Position numbers and translations under genes: made by a program. A stretch of DNA of 58,932 bases from Chiloscyllium plagiosum (Eukaryota), in NCBI RefSeq assembly GCF_004010195.1, contig NC_057739.1, positions 34,798,129 through 34,857,060 of the forward strand, written 5' to 3'. Below the pieces are notes generated by a model. It was not told where the DNA came from. It saw only the letters and a program-made list of their open reading frames with translations, and searched no databases. Of this stretch, positions 34,580 to 48,450 are shown piece after piece. Position 1 is the stretch's first letter. Every line of letters starts with the position of its first letter.

Positions 34580-36107
34580 GTGGGCTAACCTGGAATAACT
34601 CACATCAGTTATTTACTTTGTGTAGCAATTTAATTATTTGCATGTTAGGTTTTCTTTGCCAATGTTCAGCTTCTGTAATAATAAATTAAATAAATCAAAA
34701 TTATAAAATTCAACTCTGGCCCAGTTGTATTTGAAATTATTTTGTTGGGGTGGCAGTAACTTTTTAGCATTTGGTGCTTTGCTTTTTGTGTGGCTGGTCA
34801 TTGATGCGAATGTAATGCCCTCTTAATTAAGTGTCACATTACTGGTGTGTTTCCATTCAATTAAGTTCTGCTCTCTGAGAGATTGTTGATGCTTCCTCTG
34901 AAATTTAAAAATCTGAGGTTTTTTTTGGTCAGTTTTCTCCCTTTCTCTTCCCTTACTTTTAGTTATCATTCTTGTTGTGTGAGCTTATAGGTTGAGTGTT
35001 TTCTTGTTGAGAAGTGTCATGCTTTCTTCACTTTGCACCAGAAGTAACCAAGTATTATCGAATAGGAGAAAATGCAGGAAAATTGGAAGGATATGCTGAC
35101 ACAGTTAGATGATATAGTGAGAGAAGGGGCTCACATAGAGTTTAAAAAGGCATGAACTGGTTGAACCTAATAACCCATTTCAATGTTGAAAATTCTGTAC
35201 CATTCCATCAGCTTCACCCTTTACCATCCTGTTTCCCACTAGCTCAGTGTGGTAATGCCACTGACGGTGCACCTAATGCCCTCCAAGTTCGAGACTAACA
35301 ACGTGGCACAAACTGGAAATAAACCCTTGTTTGTTTAGCTCAATTATGTATTGCATTCATCAGCTGAGCCAATGCCGAACCTCAAATTGTGCTACAAAAA
35401 AGCAAGTTCCTTCTGGAAAATTTTGTGTCAAGATCAGATGCTTTTTCACAGGGAATATGAGTTGAAGGATGCTCCAGGTTATGCTTCTGCATTTTCTAGC
35501 AGATATAATGCATAATTAATGATACATTACCACTGACCAGCAATCTGCACTGAACTGCTCCACAACCTTCCTAGATCTCCACACTTCTCCAATTCTGGTC
35601 TTTTGAACATCCCTGCTTTCAATCCCTCCACCATAGGTGGCATTCTGCTGCCATGGCCCTAGATGCTGCAATTTATCCCTAAACCTCACCATTTCTCTAC
35701 TTTTCTCTTTGATTTTTCTTTTGACTTATCTCTTTGACTCATGAGATCTTATTGCCCCTTCTGTTGGTAGATGTCAAAATTCAAGCCTTTCTTTTTAAAC
35801 GTAGATGAAACTGATAAAATTGCGTTGGTTTATTAGTGCAGACTGTTCCTTGATCTGAGAGTATTTTTTGTTTTAAATCCTTCCCATAGGAAAAGCACTT
35901 TTTTGCAGCATTCCCTAAATATATGCTGGTTCCGGCCAGGATTTATACTTATGAATTTGTGTCCAGTCATTTAACATCAGATTACAATCTTGCTGGGTTA
36001 TAGTTATAGTCATAGCTGACACTATAGTTCCTGGCACTACTTAATTTTATTTGTTCTTATTTTTGTACTTAGTGTTCTGAGATTAACTATAGATGTGTTG
36101 TTATTAG

Positions 36108-36238
36108 GTACTCCAAAGAAGAACTGAACAAATTGCAACGTTTGCAAATGCAGTATGGAAATCACTGGAAGAAAATTGCACAATTCATGGAACGTTCTGA
36201 TGGATCTGTTATATGCCGAGCAAAAACAATGAAAAATT
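36108..36238 (+). CDS. TTF1: TTF1 coding exon 4 (Myb-like repeat)
   Basis: YSKEELNKLQRLQMQYGNHWKKIAQFMERSDGSV; 131 bp, phase 2-1, GTAAGT donor. Confidence 0.94.
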
Positions 36239-36499
36239 GTAAGTTGGATTAATAAAACATGCATTTTCTTCCTATTGTGAAGTTCTGTGGAAGTGTAGTC
36301 ACTATCTCTGTTGGATATCTACAATAACCTAGTAATTAATAGGAATACAATATATGTAGAAATATTTTATTGTTCAGTGTAGTTGGGTAATTCTGGTTAA
36401 TCTAAAAGATGACAAAAAATCCAGATGACTTAAACTGCCTCCTTGAAATAGCCTTGCTCAGAGATCTAACAAACCCTATGGCAGGAAACTCTTCCCCTG

Positions 36500-37365
36500 C
36501 ATTAAACTGTAGTGAGGATTCAAAGGTGCTTCAGCGTGATTTGAAGAAGTTGAGTGGGCAAATGTATTGTAGATGAAGTATAATGTAGATTAGTATGAGA
36601 TTATCCATTTTGGTATCAAAACAGGAAGGCATATTATTGTCTGATGCATTGGGAAAGGGGAAGGTGTAATGAGATCTGGCTGTCCTTGTACACCCATCAG
36701 TGAAAGTAAGTATGTATGTTCAGCAGGTACTGAAGAAGGCAAATGGCATGTTGGTCTTCATAACAAAAACGCTTGCATATTTGAGCAGGGATAGTTTGCT
36801 ACAACTGTACAGGGCCTTGGTGAGACTGTATCTGGAGTTTCAATCTCCTTACCTGAGGAAGAATATTCTGGCTTTGGAGGGAGTACAACAATTTACCAGA
36901 CTGATTCCTGGGATAACAGGACTGACATATGAAGGCAGACTGGATTGGTTAGGACTATATTCACTGGAGTTTGGAAGAATGAGAAGGGATCTCATAGAAA
37001 ACTGTAAAATTCTACAGGGCTAGGCAGGGTAAATGGAGGTAATATGTTCCCAATGGTTGGGGAGTCCAGAACCAGGAGTCACAGTCTAAATAGGTGAGTA
37101 GACCATTTATGACTGAGATGAGAGGAAATTTCTTCACCCAGAAACTGGTGAGCCTGTGGACGTTTCTGTTACAGATATCAGTTGAGGGCAAATTGTTGAA
37201 CATTTTCAAGGAGTTAGATATTGTTTTGAGGGCTAAAGGGATCAAACGGTCTGGAAAGAGAATAGGGTATTGAGTTGGATGATTAGCCTTAATCATATTG
37301 AATGGTGCAGCATGCTCAAAAGGCTGTGTGGCTTATTCCTGTTCCTATTTTCTGTATCTATGATT
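36500..37365 (+). mobile_element. CR1-type LINE 3' part
   Basis: KKANGML, LYRALVRLYLE, RRDLIE; CR1 3' UTR. Confidence 0.85.
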
Positions 37366-37789
37366 CCCAGCAAGAAGCTGCAGTGATGTTACCAAAGATT
37401 TTTAAGGCAGCCATTCACATTAAAGAATTCCCTCAAAAAGCCAACGGGGAAATGATGAACACTAAAGTGAAACCACTTTATTGAAAAAAATAGCAAAATA
37501 AGTATTGGTAATTACACCTGGAGTGAAGATGGAAGCTGAAATATTGTGAAACTATGTAATAATTGTTTTTAAATTATTATTTTATATTGTAGAGTCTGTT
37601 ATATATCACTATTAAGGTTAATTACATTTATTAAAAATATTTCACAGTCAACTCCATGGTTCAGCAGTCATTATTGCTGAGGTCACCGTTAAAATCTCTT
37701 CTTCACTAAAAAATTAAAAAGTTAAAAGATAAAATGAAACCTTGTCACCGCATCAGCAGAGTGTTGCAGTGACAACACTCGGGTGCAAC

Positions 37790-38040
37790 AGAGTGTTACA
37801 AGGGGACATAAATTTAAGGTGAAGGGTGGAAGGTAGAGGGGAGATGTCAGGAGTGGGTTCTTTACCCAGAGAGTGGTGGGGGCATGGAATGCGCTGCCTG
37901 TGGGAGTGGTAGAGTCAGAATCTTTGGTGACCTTTAAGCGGCAATTGGATAGGTACATGGATGGGTACTTAAGCTAGGACAAATGTTTGGCACAACATCG
38001 TGGGCCGAAGGGCCTGTTCTGTGCTAAAGTATTCTATCAA
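37790..38040 (+). mobile_element. CR1-type LINE 3' end
   Basis: Similar to 25140-25420; gggccgaagggcctgttctgtgct tail. Confidence 0.8.
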
Positions 38041-38066
38041 CTAATTTCAGTGACACTGGCTCTTAA

Positions 38067-38629
38067 TGTGGTGAGGTACCAACAACACAGACTGTGATGG
38101 AGTCATGAACAACTAATAACAATTTCAGGATTTCTCCGTTAATCTGTGCTTGCACTAAATCCTGAAGTTCCAATTAGATTTGGAGGGGAATTGACAGTGA
38201 ACAACTTACTAACAGTTTGTATTCAAAATCTTCAGCAAATTCTAGGCCATCATGTTTTCCAAATGTAAGTGTTTCAAAGACTAGTAGGTTGAAATAATTA
38301 AATGCATATTAATCTTTTCTCATGGTACCACTCTGATCTATGAATCAAAAGGTCATGGATATAGACAAATAATCTCAGTTGACATTTCACTGTATGTCTG
38401 TCATAATGTTTTATTGTCTGGTTCTTTTTAAACATAAAGCATTAAACTAAGCACAGGGGGACACAAAAGAACCCACGGCATTATTCATAGAAGGGCAAGA
38501 ATTCACTGTCAATTCTCCTGCAAATCTAATTGGAACTTTAGCGCAAACACAGATTAATGGAGAAATCCTGAAGTTGCTGTCTGCCATTCATAACTCCACC
38601 ACAGTCTGCATTGTTGATACCTCACCACA
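38067..38629. repeat. Diverged inverted repeat of about 130 bp (38067-38201 / 38502-38629); right arm sits inside a Deu-SINE remnant
   Basis: gttccaattagattt..gaattgacagtgaa versus ttcactgtcaattc..aaatctaattggaac. Confidence 0.8.
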
Positions 38630-38679
38630 AGAGTGGTTTCATGTAGTGTCCTGACCAATATTTATCCCTCAACCAGACC

Positions 38680-39040
38680 GTCAAAGCCCTTTGTGCTTCT
38701 GATTTCCAAAGCCTTTCCCCAGTTAGTAAACAGACTATGCTTTAACTAATCTGGGCATAACCTCACACTTTCCCAGATTGTATTTCATCTGCTTCTTCGC
38801 CCATGTCCTAATCTGTCCATGTTCTTATGCAGCCTCTCTGCTTCCTCAATGCTACCTGCCTGTCCACCTATCTTTGTGTCATTTGCAAATTTAGCAACAA
38901 TGCGCTTAGTCCCTTCTTCCAGATCATTAATGTATAACATGCATAGTTGTGGAACCCAGCACTGACCCCTGCGGAACTCCACTAGTCACCGGCTGCCATC
39001 CTGAAAAGATCTCTCTGTCCCCAGTTTCTGCCAAACTACA
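38680..39040 (-). mobile_element. CR1-type LINE RT fragment
   Basis: YINDLEEG..AKFANDTKIGG. Confidence 0.8.
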
Positions 39041-39399
39041 TTGTGTTGACCTTAAAGCATCACCTCAAATTTTTAAAATTTTCATCCTGGTGTAAAAGTC
39101 ATTCAAATGTCTCCCCTCGCCTGTCTGTATAATCTGTTCCAGCCCTACAATCCACTTGAGATATCTGTGCTGCCTCTTAAGCATCTGAATTTTAATCCCA
39201 TTCACGTCTACAGCTGCAAAGGCCTGAGACTCTCGAATTTCCACCCGAAACTGATTTGTCTGTGTACCTCTTTATAAAATACTACTTAAAAACTCATTGA
39301 TCCAAGATTTTGATTTACCTAATAGGTCCTAATGTGGCTCAATATGAACTTTTGTTTTAATTTTTCTTCCTTTTTGTGATGTTAAACATTCCTGGTTGG

Positions 39400-40440
39400 A
39401 CCAGCATTTATTTTCTGTTGCTAATAGCCCTTGAGAAGGTGGTTGTGAACTGACCTGTACAACTGATACAGTCCTTGAGGTATAGGAACATCCATGTTTA
39501 GGAAGGCAGAATTTTAACCAGTTGTTGGAAAGGAATTGATAGAGTTCCAAGTCAGGATGATATTCAGCATGGCAAGGAACTTGTAGCTGGTGGTGTTCCC
39601 ATGCATATGTGACCCTTCTAGATGGCAGAGATTGCATAATTGAAGGTACTATCAAAGAAGTCTTGGTGAGTGACTGTATTGCTGCCGCTCTGCATTAAGT
39701 GTGAAGGGAATTAATGTTCATAGAAGGTGGGGTGCCAATCAAGCAGTGTGCTATGTTCTGCATTGTGTCAAGTTTCTTCACTGTTGTTGGAGTTTATATC
39801 CATCCAGACAATTGGAGACTATTCCATTATACTCCAGATTTGCATCTGGAGGTGAATTGCTTGCCAAAGAATAATTTAGTTGCTGACCTGATCTTGTAGC
39901 CATGGTATGTATATGGCTGGTTCATTTAAATTTCTAGTTAATGGTAGCACCCAAGATTGTGATAGCGGGAAATTCAGTGATGGTATTGCCATTGAATGCT
40001 CATAGCGATGGTTAGATTCACTCTTGTTGGAGATGGTCATTGCCTGGTATTTGTGTGGGACAAGTATTATTTGCCAATTAACGGTCTAAGCATTGATGCT
40101 GTGCAGGTCTTGCTTTATGCAGATGTAAATTGCTTCAGTATCTGAAGAGTCGCAAATGGTGCTAAACATTGTGCAATCATTAGTGAGCATCCCCACTTCT
40201 GACTTTACGATGGAGGATTTAATGAAATTGATGAAAAAGAGGAACTTCGGCAGAGATGTCCTGGGGCTGAGATGATTGACCTCCAACAACCACAACTATC
40301 AACTTTTGTGCTAGGCATGACCCCAACCAGTGGAGAAATTTGCTCCAATTCTCATTGAATCCAGTTCCAATAGGGCTCCTTGATATCACAGTTGGTCAAA
40401 TGCTGCCTTGCTGTAAAGGGCACTTATTCTCACCTCACCT
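39400..40440 (-). mobile_element. Old CR1/L2-group LINE fragment
   Basis: Collinear similarity to 9040-10030. Confidence 0.7.
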
Positions 40441-40701
40441 TTAAAGTGCCTTACAAAGTCTTACTGTGTTAAAGGTACTACATAAATACAAGATTTCTTT
40501 GTTTAAAAATATTTTTTAAAAACCAAATTGCTTATTTAACTTTTATGTAAATGTATTAGTTATATCAACAAATTCAGCAAAGTAACTACTGAGCAACATT
40601 GTATTTTATAAATTGAAACTCTAATCATTTAGTTTCTTATTGGATCAACCTGTTTTGGTCAAAAATGTAAATTTCTTAAATAGGTTTTCTTTTTTAAACA
40701 G

Positions 40702-40930
40702 CTTTGAAAATTGGACCTTGGAGCAAGGAGGAGGAGAGGGCGTTAATGAACATAATGGAGCAGCTAATGAGAAAAAAGATACAAGAGGCACCCTATAGTC
40801 CAATGAGTACAGTTCCAAATTCCAATGCATTTATTTCAATTCTGCGTGAAAAGCTATACAGGGAAATTCCTTGGTTTGCAGTTGCAGACAAAATGGAGCA
40901 CAGAAACTGGACGCAGTGTAGGCAGAAATG
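40702..40930 (+). CDS. TTF1: TTF1 coding exon 5 (Myb-like repeat)
   Basis: GPWSKEEERAL...LREKLYREIPWFAVADKMEHRNWTQCRQKW; 229 bp, phase 1-2. Confidence 0.96.
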
Positions 40931-41239
40931 GTGAGCTAATATTTCTGATTGTTAGTGAAGGTTTGAAGTTACAAGAAGTTTCTTTCCAATTAAGCAATGA
41001 GCATAAAATACGAGGTGAATTTGAAAATTGTCTGTATTTCTGTAGATTTTGGTCTATGGCCATAATTGTTATCAGGTTTGCCTTAATTTGCTGTTTTAGT
41101 TAATTATATTGTGTTTTGGTCACAACAGAGTTGACATACTTAAAACTTGTTTCATTACCATATTTTCACATAATCGCACATGGTTAGCTACGCTGACCAA
41201 TTTTTACTGGTTGAACTTTGGTAATTTTGAAACATATTA

Positions 41240-41895
41240 AAGAGCAGGAGTAGGCCATTCAGACCTTTGAGTTCGTTTTGCCATTCAGTATGACCAAGGC
41301 TGATCAACCAACTCAATATCCTGTTGCCTCTTTCTCCCTTTTGGCTCTAAAATCTGTATCTAACTCATTCTTCAAAACATGCGATAACTTGGCCTCAACT
41401 GCTTTTTGTGACAGTCAATTGAACAAGCTCACCACTCTTGATGATGAAATTTCTTCTCATCTAAATCCTAAGTGGCCTACCCTGTATATTTAGACTAACT
41501 GCTGGTTCTGGTCTCCTGGGTCATCAGTGTGATACTTCTGGCGTTTACTCTGTCTTGTCCTGTTAAAATTTTATTGGTTTTATGACAGTTTCCCCCGTTC
41601 TTCTAAACTCCTAGTAAATATAGTCCAAAATAATCTAGTCTCTCTCCATACGTCAGTTCTACCATTCCAGAAATCTGTCTGGTAAAACTTTGTTACTGTC
41701 CTTCTGTAGGTAAAATATCCTTCCTCAAATAAGGAATCCAAAACTGCACGTGATACTCTAGGTTGGCCTCCTCAAGGCCCTGTACAATTGCTGCAAGACA
41801 TCCCTGCTCCTGTGCTCGAATCCTCTCCCTATGAAGGCCAACGTACCATTTGCCCCCTTTGCTGCCTGCTGCACTTGCATGCTTACTCTCAGTGA
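41240..41895 (-). mobile_element. CR1-type LINE 3' part
   Basis: LEYHVQFWIPYLRKDIL; tail gagcaggagtaggccattcag. Confidence 0.8.
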
Positions 41896-41899
41896 TTGG

Positions 41900-42395
41900 C
41901 AGGACCGACCAGACCTCCCAGTCACCGTTCATTTCAATTCCCCCAACCACTCCCTTTCTGACATGACCATCCTTGGCCTTCTCCATTGCCAAAACAGACC
42001 ACAGCGCCTTTTGGAGGAACAGCAGAGGGTGCCTTATCTTTTGACTGGGCACCCTTCAGCCTGGAGGACTCCACATTGTGTTCTCCAATTTCAAATAACC
42101 TCCTTCCCCACCTTCCGACTCTCTTCATTCTTTCCTCCTCCCTTCCACCAACCGGATTCATTTCTCCCATTGACTAACCAGATTGCATCTTCTGCCTAAC
42201 TTCACCTATCCCCACTTCACCACCCTGCCCCGCCTCCCCCTTTATCTGCAGCTCTCCCCACTCCCACTCCCAGTCTTGGAGAAGGGTTACACCCAAAACG
42301 TTGACTTCTGCACCTCCTGATAGTGTCTGGCTTGCTGTGTTCTTCCAGACTTCTGCCTGTCTCCTTTGGATTCCAGCATCTGCAGTTGTTTTCTC
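41900..42395 (+). mobile_element. Neptune-type PLE 3' fragment with degenerate hammerhead
   Basis: VHFNSPNHSLSDMTILGLLHC; gaagggttacacccaaaacgtt; end ccagcatctgcagttg. Confidence 0.75.
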
Positions 42396-43028
42396 TACTC
42401 TGTGATTGACATTGAACAGTAACAAGATGATTTACTGTTCAGAATAATTACCAATGTTAAACAATTTCAATGCAATCCTGCATTGTGTAGACCTTAAAAC
42501 TGTCAAATACCTGAAATCTTTGGGTCACTGTTATAGAAATTACTGAACAAGATTTTTTCTCACCTCTATTCCAAATGTTTTGGAAATCATTTCTAAACTG
42601 TTTAAAGACTGAACCACTAAACAAATATGTGGAGTTAAGACTAGTACAGATACGGTAATCCAACACTCATAATGAAGTACTGAGATTGAAAGAAAGGAAG
42701 AAAGCTATGTCAGCATTTCAGAGAGAATCTAGAATATGAGAGGGTGCCTAGATTCTGCACACAATTCTGTAACAGATTGGTGCATTTTAATTTGATACGC
42801 TGGTTCACCAAGGTACGCAACTAAAAACAGCTATTTATAGCTGGAATTAAATTCCTTGATGCAATATGGTTACATTGCAGAAACTCATGCAGACACGTGG
42901 AGAACACACTAACTCCACACTCACCCACAGATGGAATCGAACCCGGTCCCTGGCACTGCTGACCACTGTGCCTTTTAAAATATCAACATGAATGCAAAAT
43001 TTTTAATTTTATTTTTATTCTCTGAAAG

Positions 43029-43115
43029 GATGAACATTCTGACTACAAAAATGTCTGGAGGAGTGAGACCTATTCGATTTCACCATCACCAGTCAAGAAT
43101 TAATCTCATCAAAAG
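43029..43115 (+). CDS. TTF1: TTF1 coding exon 6
   Basis: MNILTTKMSGG...RINLIKR (recalled human TEILTKRMTNG..SLIER); 87 bp, phase 2-2. Confidence 0.92.
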
Positions 43116-44234
43116 GTAAAATGTATGCAGGGACTAATATGAGGCAACAAAATAATATAAAGTAACTGTTGACTTAGAAGCGTCTGATGAAAGCAGCCAT
43201 ATGATAAGATGGGACATTTAATTGCTGAGTTAAACAGCTGGTTAAAAATAAATTGCAGGGTAATTAATAAAAACTCTTTACTAAAAGCTCTTTACTAAAA
43301 ACAGCAGCATGGGGCTGGTTGTATACAGTGCAGGCCATCTAGTAGTATAAATTAAGGTGTTCTCATATTATAATTTTGCAGCATTAATGTTGTCTAAACT
43401 CTGTTTTTTTTGCTCTTGTTACTCCTCTGAAATTGTCAGCAGTTGCTGGACTTAAAACTAAAGTTACTTCGCAGGTCACACAGGATCTGTGATGAGAGAT
43501 GTAGAGTTAACATGCCCCCAGTGTACCCAAGTAAGAGGATATATTTTGGTTTAATACTTCACCTAGCTGCATTTCCTCAGTACTGACTGAAGTGTTTACC
43601 TTGATTATTTTGCTGAAGTCTTGGCATGGGACTTGAACATGTGACTGTCTGACTCAGGCTTTGAGCGAAACCATGGCTGAGAACTTGCGGAACTCTTTTA
43701 TGGTTCTTAGAGATATGGAAGGAGGTGAGAGCGGAAGTTTGATAAATGAAAATGTATTTAAAACCTGTTACGTTTCAACATTTTCCAATTCTGATTAGAC
43801 TTGAAAATTGAAATCAGTTTTGTTTTCTTGTCACAGATGCTGCCATACCTGCTAAGTGTTCATTGGGTTTATATCTTAATTTTGAATTCTAGCGATTTTG
43901 TTTAGTAATTTTTAAAGTGTACATATTCCCAGTTAAATGTGGAAATTGCAAAGTTGGTGTCGATGTACAGGTGTATTGTTGAATTCACCATACGGATAGC
44001 AAAAAAGAAAAATGACTAAACTGGCAAGAGCTTCCTCTTTACGTTATTAGCCAAACAATAAAAACCTTAGAAAAGTTTTTCACCTGTTGAATGAGGTGTA
44101 ATTGGGTTTTTAACAATGTAAATTCATAATCATTGATGAAATTGGATCCAGTCCAACTTTCCTTTAGAGATTTGTCAAAAGGTTTGTTAATGGAAACTGT
44201 AGCAAGAACCTTACCTGCTTTATTTTCATAACAG

Positions 44235-44300
44235 GTTGTACCTGTTGAACATTGATGATGTTGGTGATGTCGACTGGGAGGATCTTTGTAGTGCTGTTGG
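44235..44300 (+). CDS. TTF1: TTF1 coding exon 7
   Basis: LYLLNIDDVGDVDWEDLCSAVG (recalled human LYEINVEDTNEIDWEDLASAIG); 66 bp. Confidence 0.94.
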
Positions 44301-44984
44301 GTAAATAACACTATAATTTTCATATTTATAGTGCAGTAACATAAAGACAATAGGTCTAGTGGACACAATTGGCTTTGCAGCCTACAAGCTAACGGCAATA
44401 ATTGCAGAGTGTATGTGGGATGATATTTGGTCTGGTGATGCCATTCGAAAATAATCTTTGGCCGGGAGATTGGGGGATAGGTGTATGCGTTTCATTTTAA
44501 TCTACAGTTTATGATATTAGTTTTATATCATCTCACTTGAGACTCTTGTTGATACCACTTTAAGATTTTGATGCTGGTATTGTTATTTGTAACGTTGGAT
44601 TACTCTGTTATTATTTCTGGATGCCTATTTACGTGGTGGAATGCAACTGTTGTAGCCCTCAGTGATGAGCTAATTATTGTAATGCTTAATTCTCATTCAA
44701 TTGTCATCCTATTGTTTGATTGATACCGGTAAACTTAATCTATGGGTCAGATATGTAATACAGCATTTCATTACTGACTGAAGAATTTTGTGTAGCATTG
44801 AAAGTATGAATTTACTGTCTGTTGCAGTTATTTCTATTCTCAATTTTCTAGCTTGAATTTCACAATGGAATTTGAAATAAAATACAATTTTTCAACAAGG
44901 TTAATGTGATTTTATTTGCTTTTTACAGGATGATTACCATAATTAAGATTTAATTGTACAATTATGTTGCTTATTTTTTTCTAG

Positions 44985-45070
44985 AGACGTTCCTCCTTTA
45001 TTCGTTCAAAAGATGTTTTATAAATTGAAAGTTCGTTATGTACCTGATTGGCCCAAAAAATCCTTTGGAG
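44985..45070 (+). CDS. TTF1: TTF1 coding exon 8
   Basis: DVPPLFVQKMFYKLKVRYVPDWPKKSFG; 86 bp, phase 2-1. Confidence 0.94.
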
Positions 45071-46411
45071 GTTAGTATCTAAATTCAGTGACTGAATAGT
45101 TTACTGATGATTGTTTTATATTGATGACAACAGAAAATGTTCACCTTGTTAATGAAAAGAGCAGTTGAAAGCATCAACTTTATTTTCCAGTCATTCTTGT
45201 TATTTGCTCTCTGAAATAAGGCAGCCAGGTGGATGGCACAATTGACCTTGGCATAATTGCTTCTAGAATTGGAAATGGCTGTTGCTGTATTTCTATTATT
45301 GCTGGTGTTGATTCACTTATTAGATCACATATTGTATCTCCAATGCACTGAAAGCATAACCTTTTGACTTTAAGAATTTGCTTTACGGTTTAAGATACAA
45401 ATTTACTTTTGATCCATTGGCTTTAATTTATCAGAAAAATGTCTCCATAATTTCATAATGTGGAATTGGAGATCCTGTTGGAAAACAGAATTTTCAATCT
45501 TAATTTTTTTTTCCAGTTGGTTCTGAAACTTTACCAAGAGTTATACTGACTAGTTCATTTAAGTCTGTAATTAAAATGATCATGTATCATTATGAAGTGG
45601 GTACCATAGACATAGTATCCTCAGGAACTTCATTACATTTGAGCAGGAGAAAAACTGTAACAGCTATTACCTGTGTGGCTTTTCATGCTGAACGTTTGTG
45701 AACAATATCCTGTAGTAGTCTCTAATATTCTGTAATCCTATTTTTACACTGGTATTTGTTTTTAAGTTGTAGTGCTTCCTTGTAGCCTTTACATTTTTGT
45801 ATCTGGTGTGATATTTTAATCAAGATAACTAAAAAGTTTAATTAAGCCTCTAAATTCATAGTGCAAGATAATGTGCCATTTTGGTATTTATTTGCTCTGT
45901 ATAAAGTACTGTATACAAGAATAATGTACCATGAAATAAACTCACTCAAATTGCAGCATTTGAGATGGCAATTCTAATACCATCAGAAGGCAAAACAGTA
46001 CTTTAGTCTTTGACTCCATAGTTGTTGACACCATTTGACTTTCAGACAAAGCTATTGTGCCACTATCTCAATGCATGACCTGACATTTGTGATGTTGACA
46101 CTCATCCTAGAAAGCCAACTGGCATAAGCTCTGTAATTAGTTTTTATATTAAATACTAATGGATCTTTATTGACAGTCAACCAAACCTTGTTCTGAGTTA
46201 GAATCCAAGCAGATGCCTTTTAGGAAAATTAACATAAACTTGCAGTGGCTTTTACAGTATTAATGGTAGGTGAAGCTGCCTCTGCTTATCGTGTTAATAA
46301 GTAAATGAAACAGCAAATTCCACTAACAGTACTTAATAAATCAGGAAATTGTTAGCCAGGTTTTACTACTTTGCCGAAAACTTCACTATGCTAGTGTTTC
46401 ACTCTTATTAA

Positions 46412-46530
46412 ATTAGATTCCCTACGGTGTGGAAACAGGCCCTTCAGCACAACAAGTCCACATTGACCCTCCAAAGAGTAACCTACCCAGACTCATTTCG
46501 CTACATTTACCCCTGACTAATGCACCAAAA
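46412..46530 (-). mobile_element. HE1-type SINE 3' fragment
   Basis: ttagattccctacggtgtggaaacaggcccttc matches the HE1 tail. Confidence 0.7.
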
Positions 46531-47206
46531 CATGAGACGTTTTGGTACTTAACCGCTTGGTAGCCACTAAACAGCAGGAGAACTTGGGCTTTGTTCATTC
46601 AATTCATTGACAATATGATAAGACTTAATTGCGACCAAACAATGTTGCCGTACAATGTACAATGCCGTACAAGACTTAATTGCCGACCAAACTGGAGAAT
46701 TACTTGTACAAAATGTCTCATTCCTTTAGATTTTAATTATTGGGACATGTTAAAAAAAACACCATCTTTCTTTCATTCTTCTTTCTAAATTGATTTTCTA
46801 TTAAATTAAGTATCCCAATTTGAACTTCTTGGTTTAGATTTTGAATGTCTCAATAAAATTTTACAATCTGAAGAGATACTATTGCTTTCCCGATCTCTCA
46901 GTTACAAGGTTCTTGTGAATCTCTGCACAAAAATGCTGTAATTACTGCAAGTTGCCTATAAATAAGAACGGATCACAAATTTAAGTGTGAACAGCAAGCG
47001 TCATCAAATTGCCATTGATGACAAAATTTTGATCATAGTATATGTATGTGTACTGGGGAGGAAAACTGACTCCTTTAGCAAAGGCTTCAATGCTTAGAAT
47101 CTTTGTGCACTAAGATGCATGATTGTACAGCAAATCAACAGAAGCAACCCCGGAAAGTTTTATGTTAGTTTCTGAATTTTGGAACCCTGCATTTTATTCT
47201 GTTCAG

Positions 47207-47630
47207 TAAATAAAACACGTCTGGCTTCTCTGAAACTACACTGAAATCTAAGACTTATAGTTTGAAACTGCTCTTTATATTGTTGGATTCAAAATTTTTA
47301 ATATATATAACTGGTAAACGTGGGAGTCATTATCCTTACTCTTATTGCTCTCCTGTAAGCTTTGGCTTTTTTTTAATTCTCCTGGAACATGGATGTTGTT
47401 GGCTGTGCCAGCAGTTATTAAATAAAACACGTCTGGCTTCTCTGAAACTACACTGAAATCTAAGACTTATAGTTTGAAACTGCTCTTTATATTGTTGGAT
47501 TCAAAATTTTTAATATATATAACTGGTAAATGTGGGAGTCATTATCCTTACTCTTATTGCTCTCCTGTAAGCTTTGGCTTTTTTTTAATTCTCATGGAAC
47601 ATGGATGTTGCTGGCTGTGCCAGCAGTTAT
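47207..47630. repeat. Near-perfect 212-bp tandem duplication
   Basis: 47207-47418 versus 47419-47630; 3 substitutions seen. Confidence 0.95.
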
Positions 47631-48450
47631 TGCACAACTCTAGTCGCCCTTGAGAAGATGGTGATGAGCCACATTTTTGAACCATTGCATATAGACCTAT
47701 AATGCCATTAGGGAGGGCATTCTAGAATTTTGACCCAGTGATAATGAAGGGGCAGCAATACTTTTCCAAGTCAGGATAATGAGTGGAAGGGTTTGGAGGT
47801 GGTAAAGATGGTGATGTTCCCATGTATCTACCAACCCGTCCTTCCAGATAGAAGTGGTTGTGGCCTTGGTAGGTGCTGCCGAAAGAACTTTGGCAAATCT
47901 TTGTAGTGCATCCTGTAGATAGTATATACTGCTGATACTGAGCATCAGTCATAAAGGGAATGGGTGCACTGCTAATCAAATGGGCTGCTTTATCCTGAAT
48001 CAGTGTTGTTGGAGCTGCACCCATCCAGTCAAGTGGAGAGTATTCCATCACACACCTGACTTGTGCCTTGTAGATGATGAACAGGTGTTGGGGAGGCAAA
48101 AGGGGCTAGATTAGAATAGTGCTTTAAAAGCACAGCAGGTGAGGCAGCATCCGAGGAACATGAAAATCGACGTTTCGGGCAAAAGCCCGTTCAACAGGAA
48201 TGAAGGCAGGTATCCTCCGGGGTGGAGAGATAAATGGAAGAGGGGTGGGGGTGGGGAGAAGGTAACCGAGAGTACAATGTGGGGATGAAGGTGATAGGTC
48301 AGAGAGGAGGGTGGAGCGGTGTTAGGGAGTCAGGAGTAAATTACTTTCTGCAGTATTCCTAACTCTGACCTGCTGTTGCGGCCATAGTATTGATATGGTG
48401 TGTCCGGTTTAGTTTCTGTTCAAAAATAACTCCCAGAATATTATGATGTG
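47580..48450 (-). mobile_element. CR1/L2-group LINE, continuing at about 51005-51510 after a PLE insertion; contains a PLE end fragment at 48105-48320
   Basis: IYKAQVRCVMEYSP..IQDKAAHLI C-terminal motif; collinear with other family copies on both sides of the insert. Confidence 0.75.
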
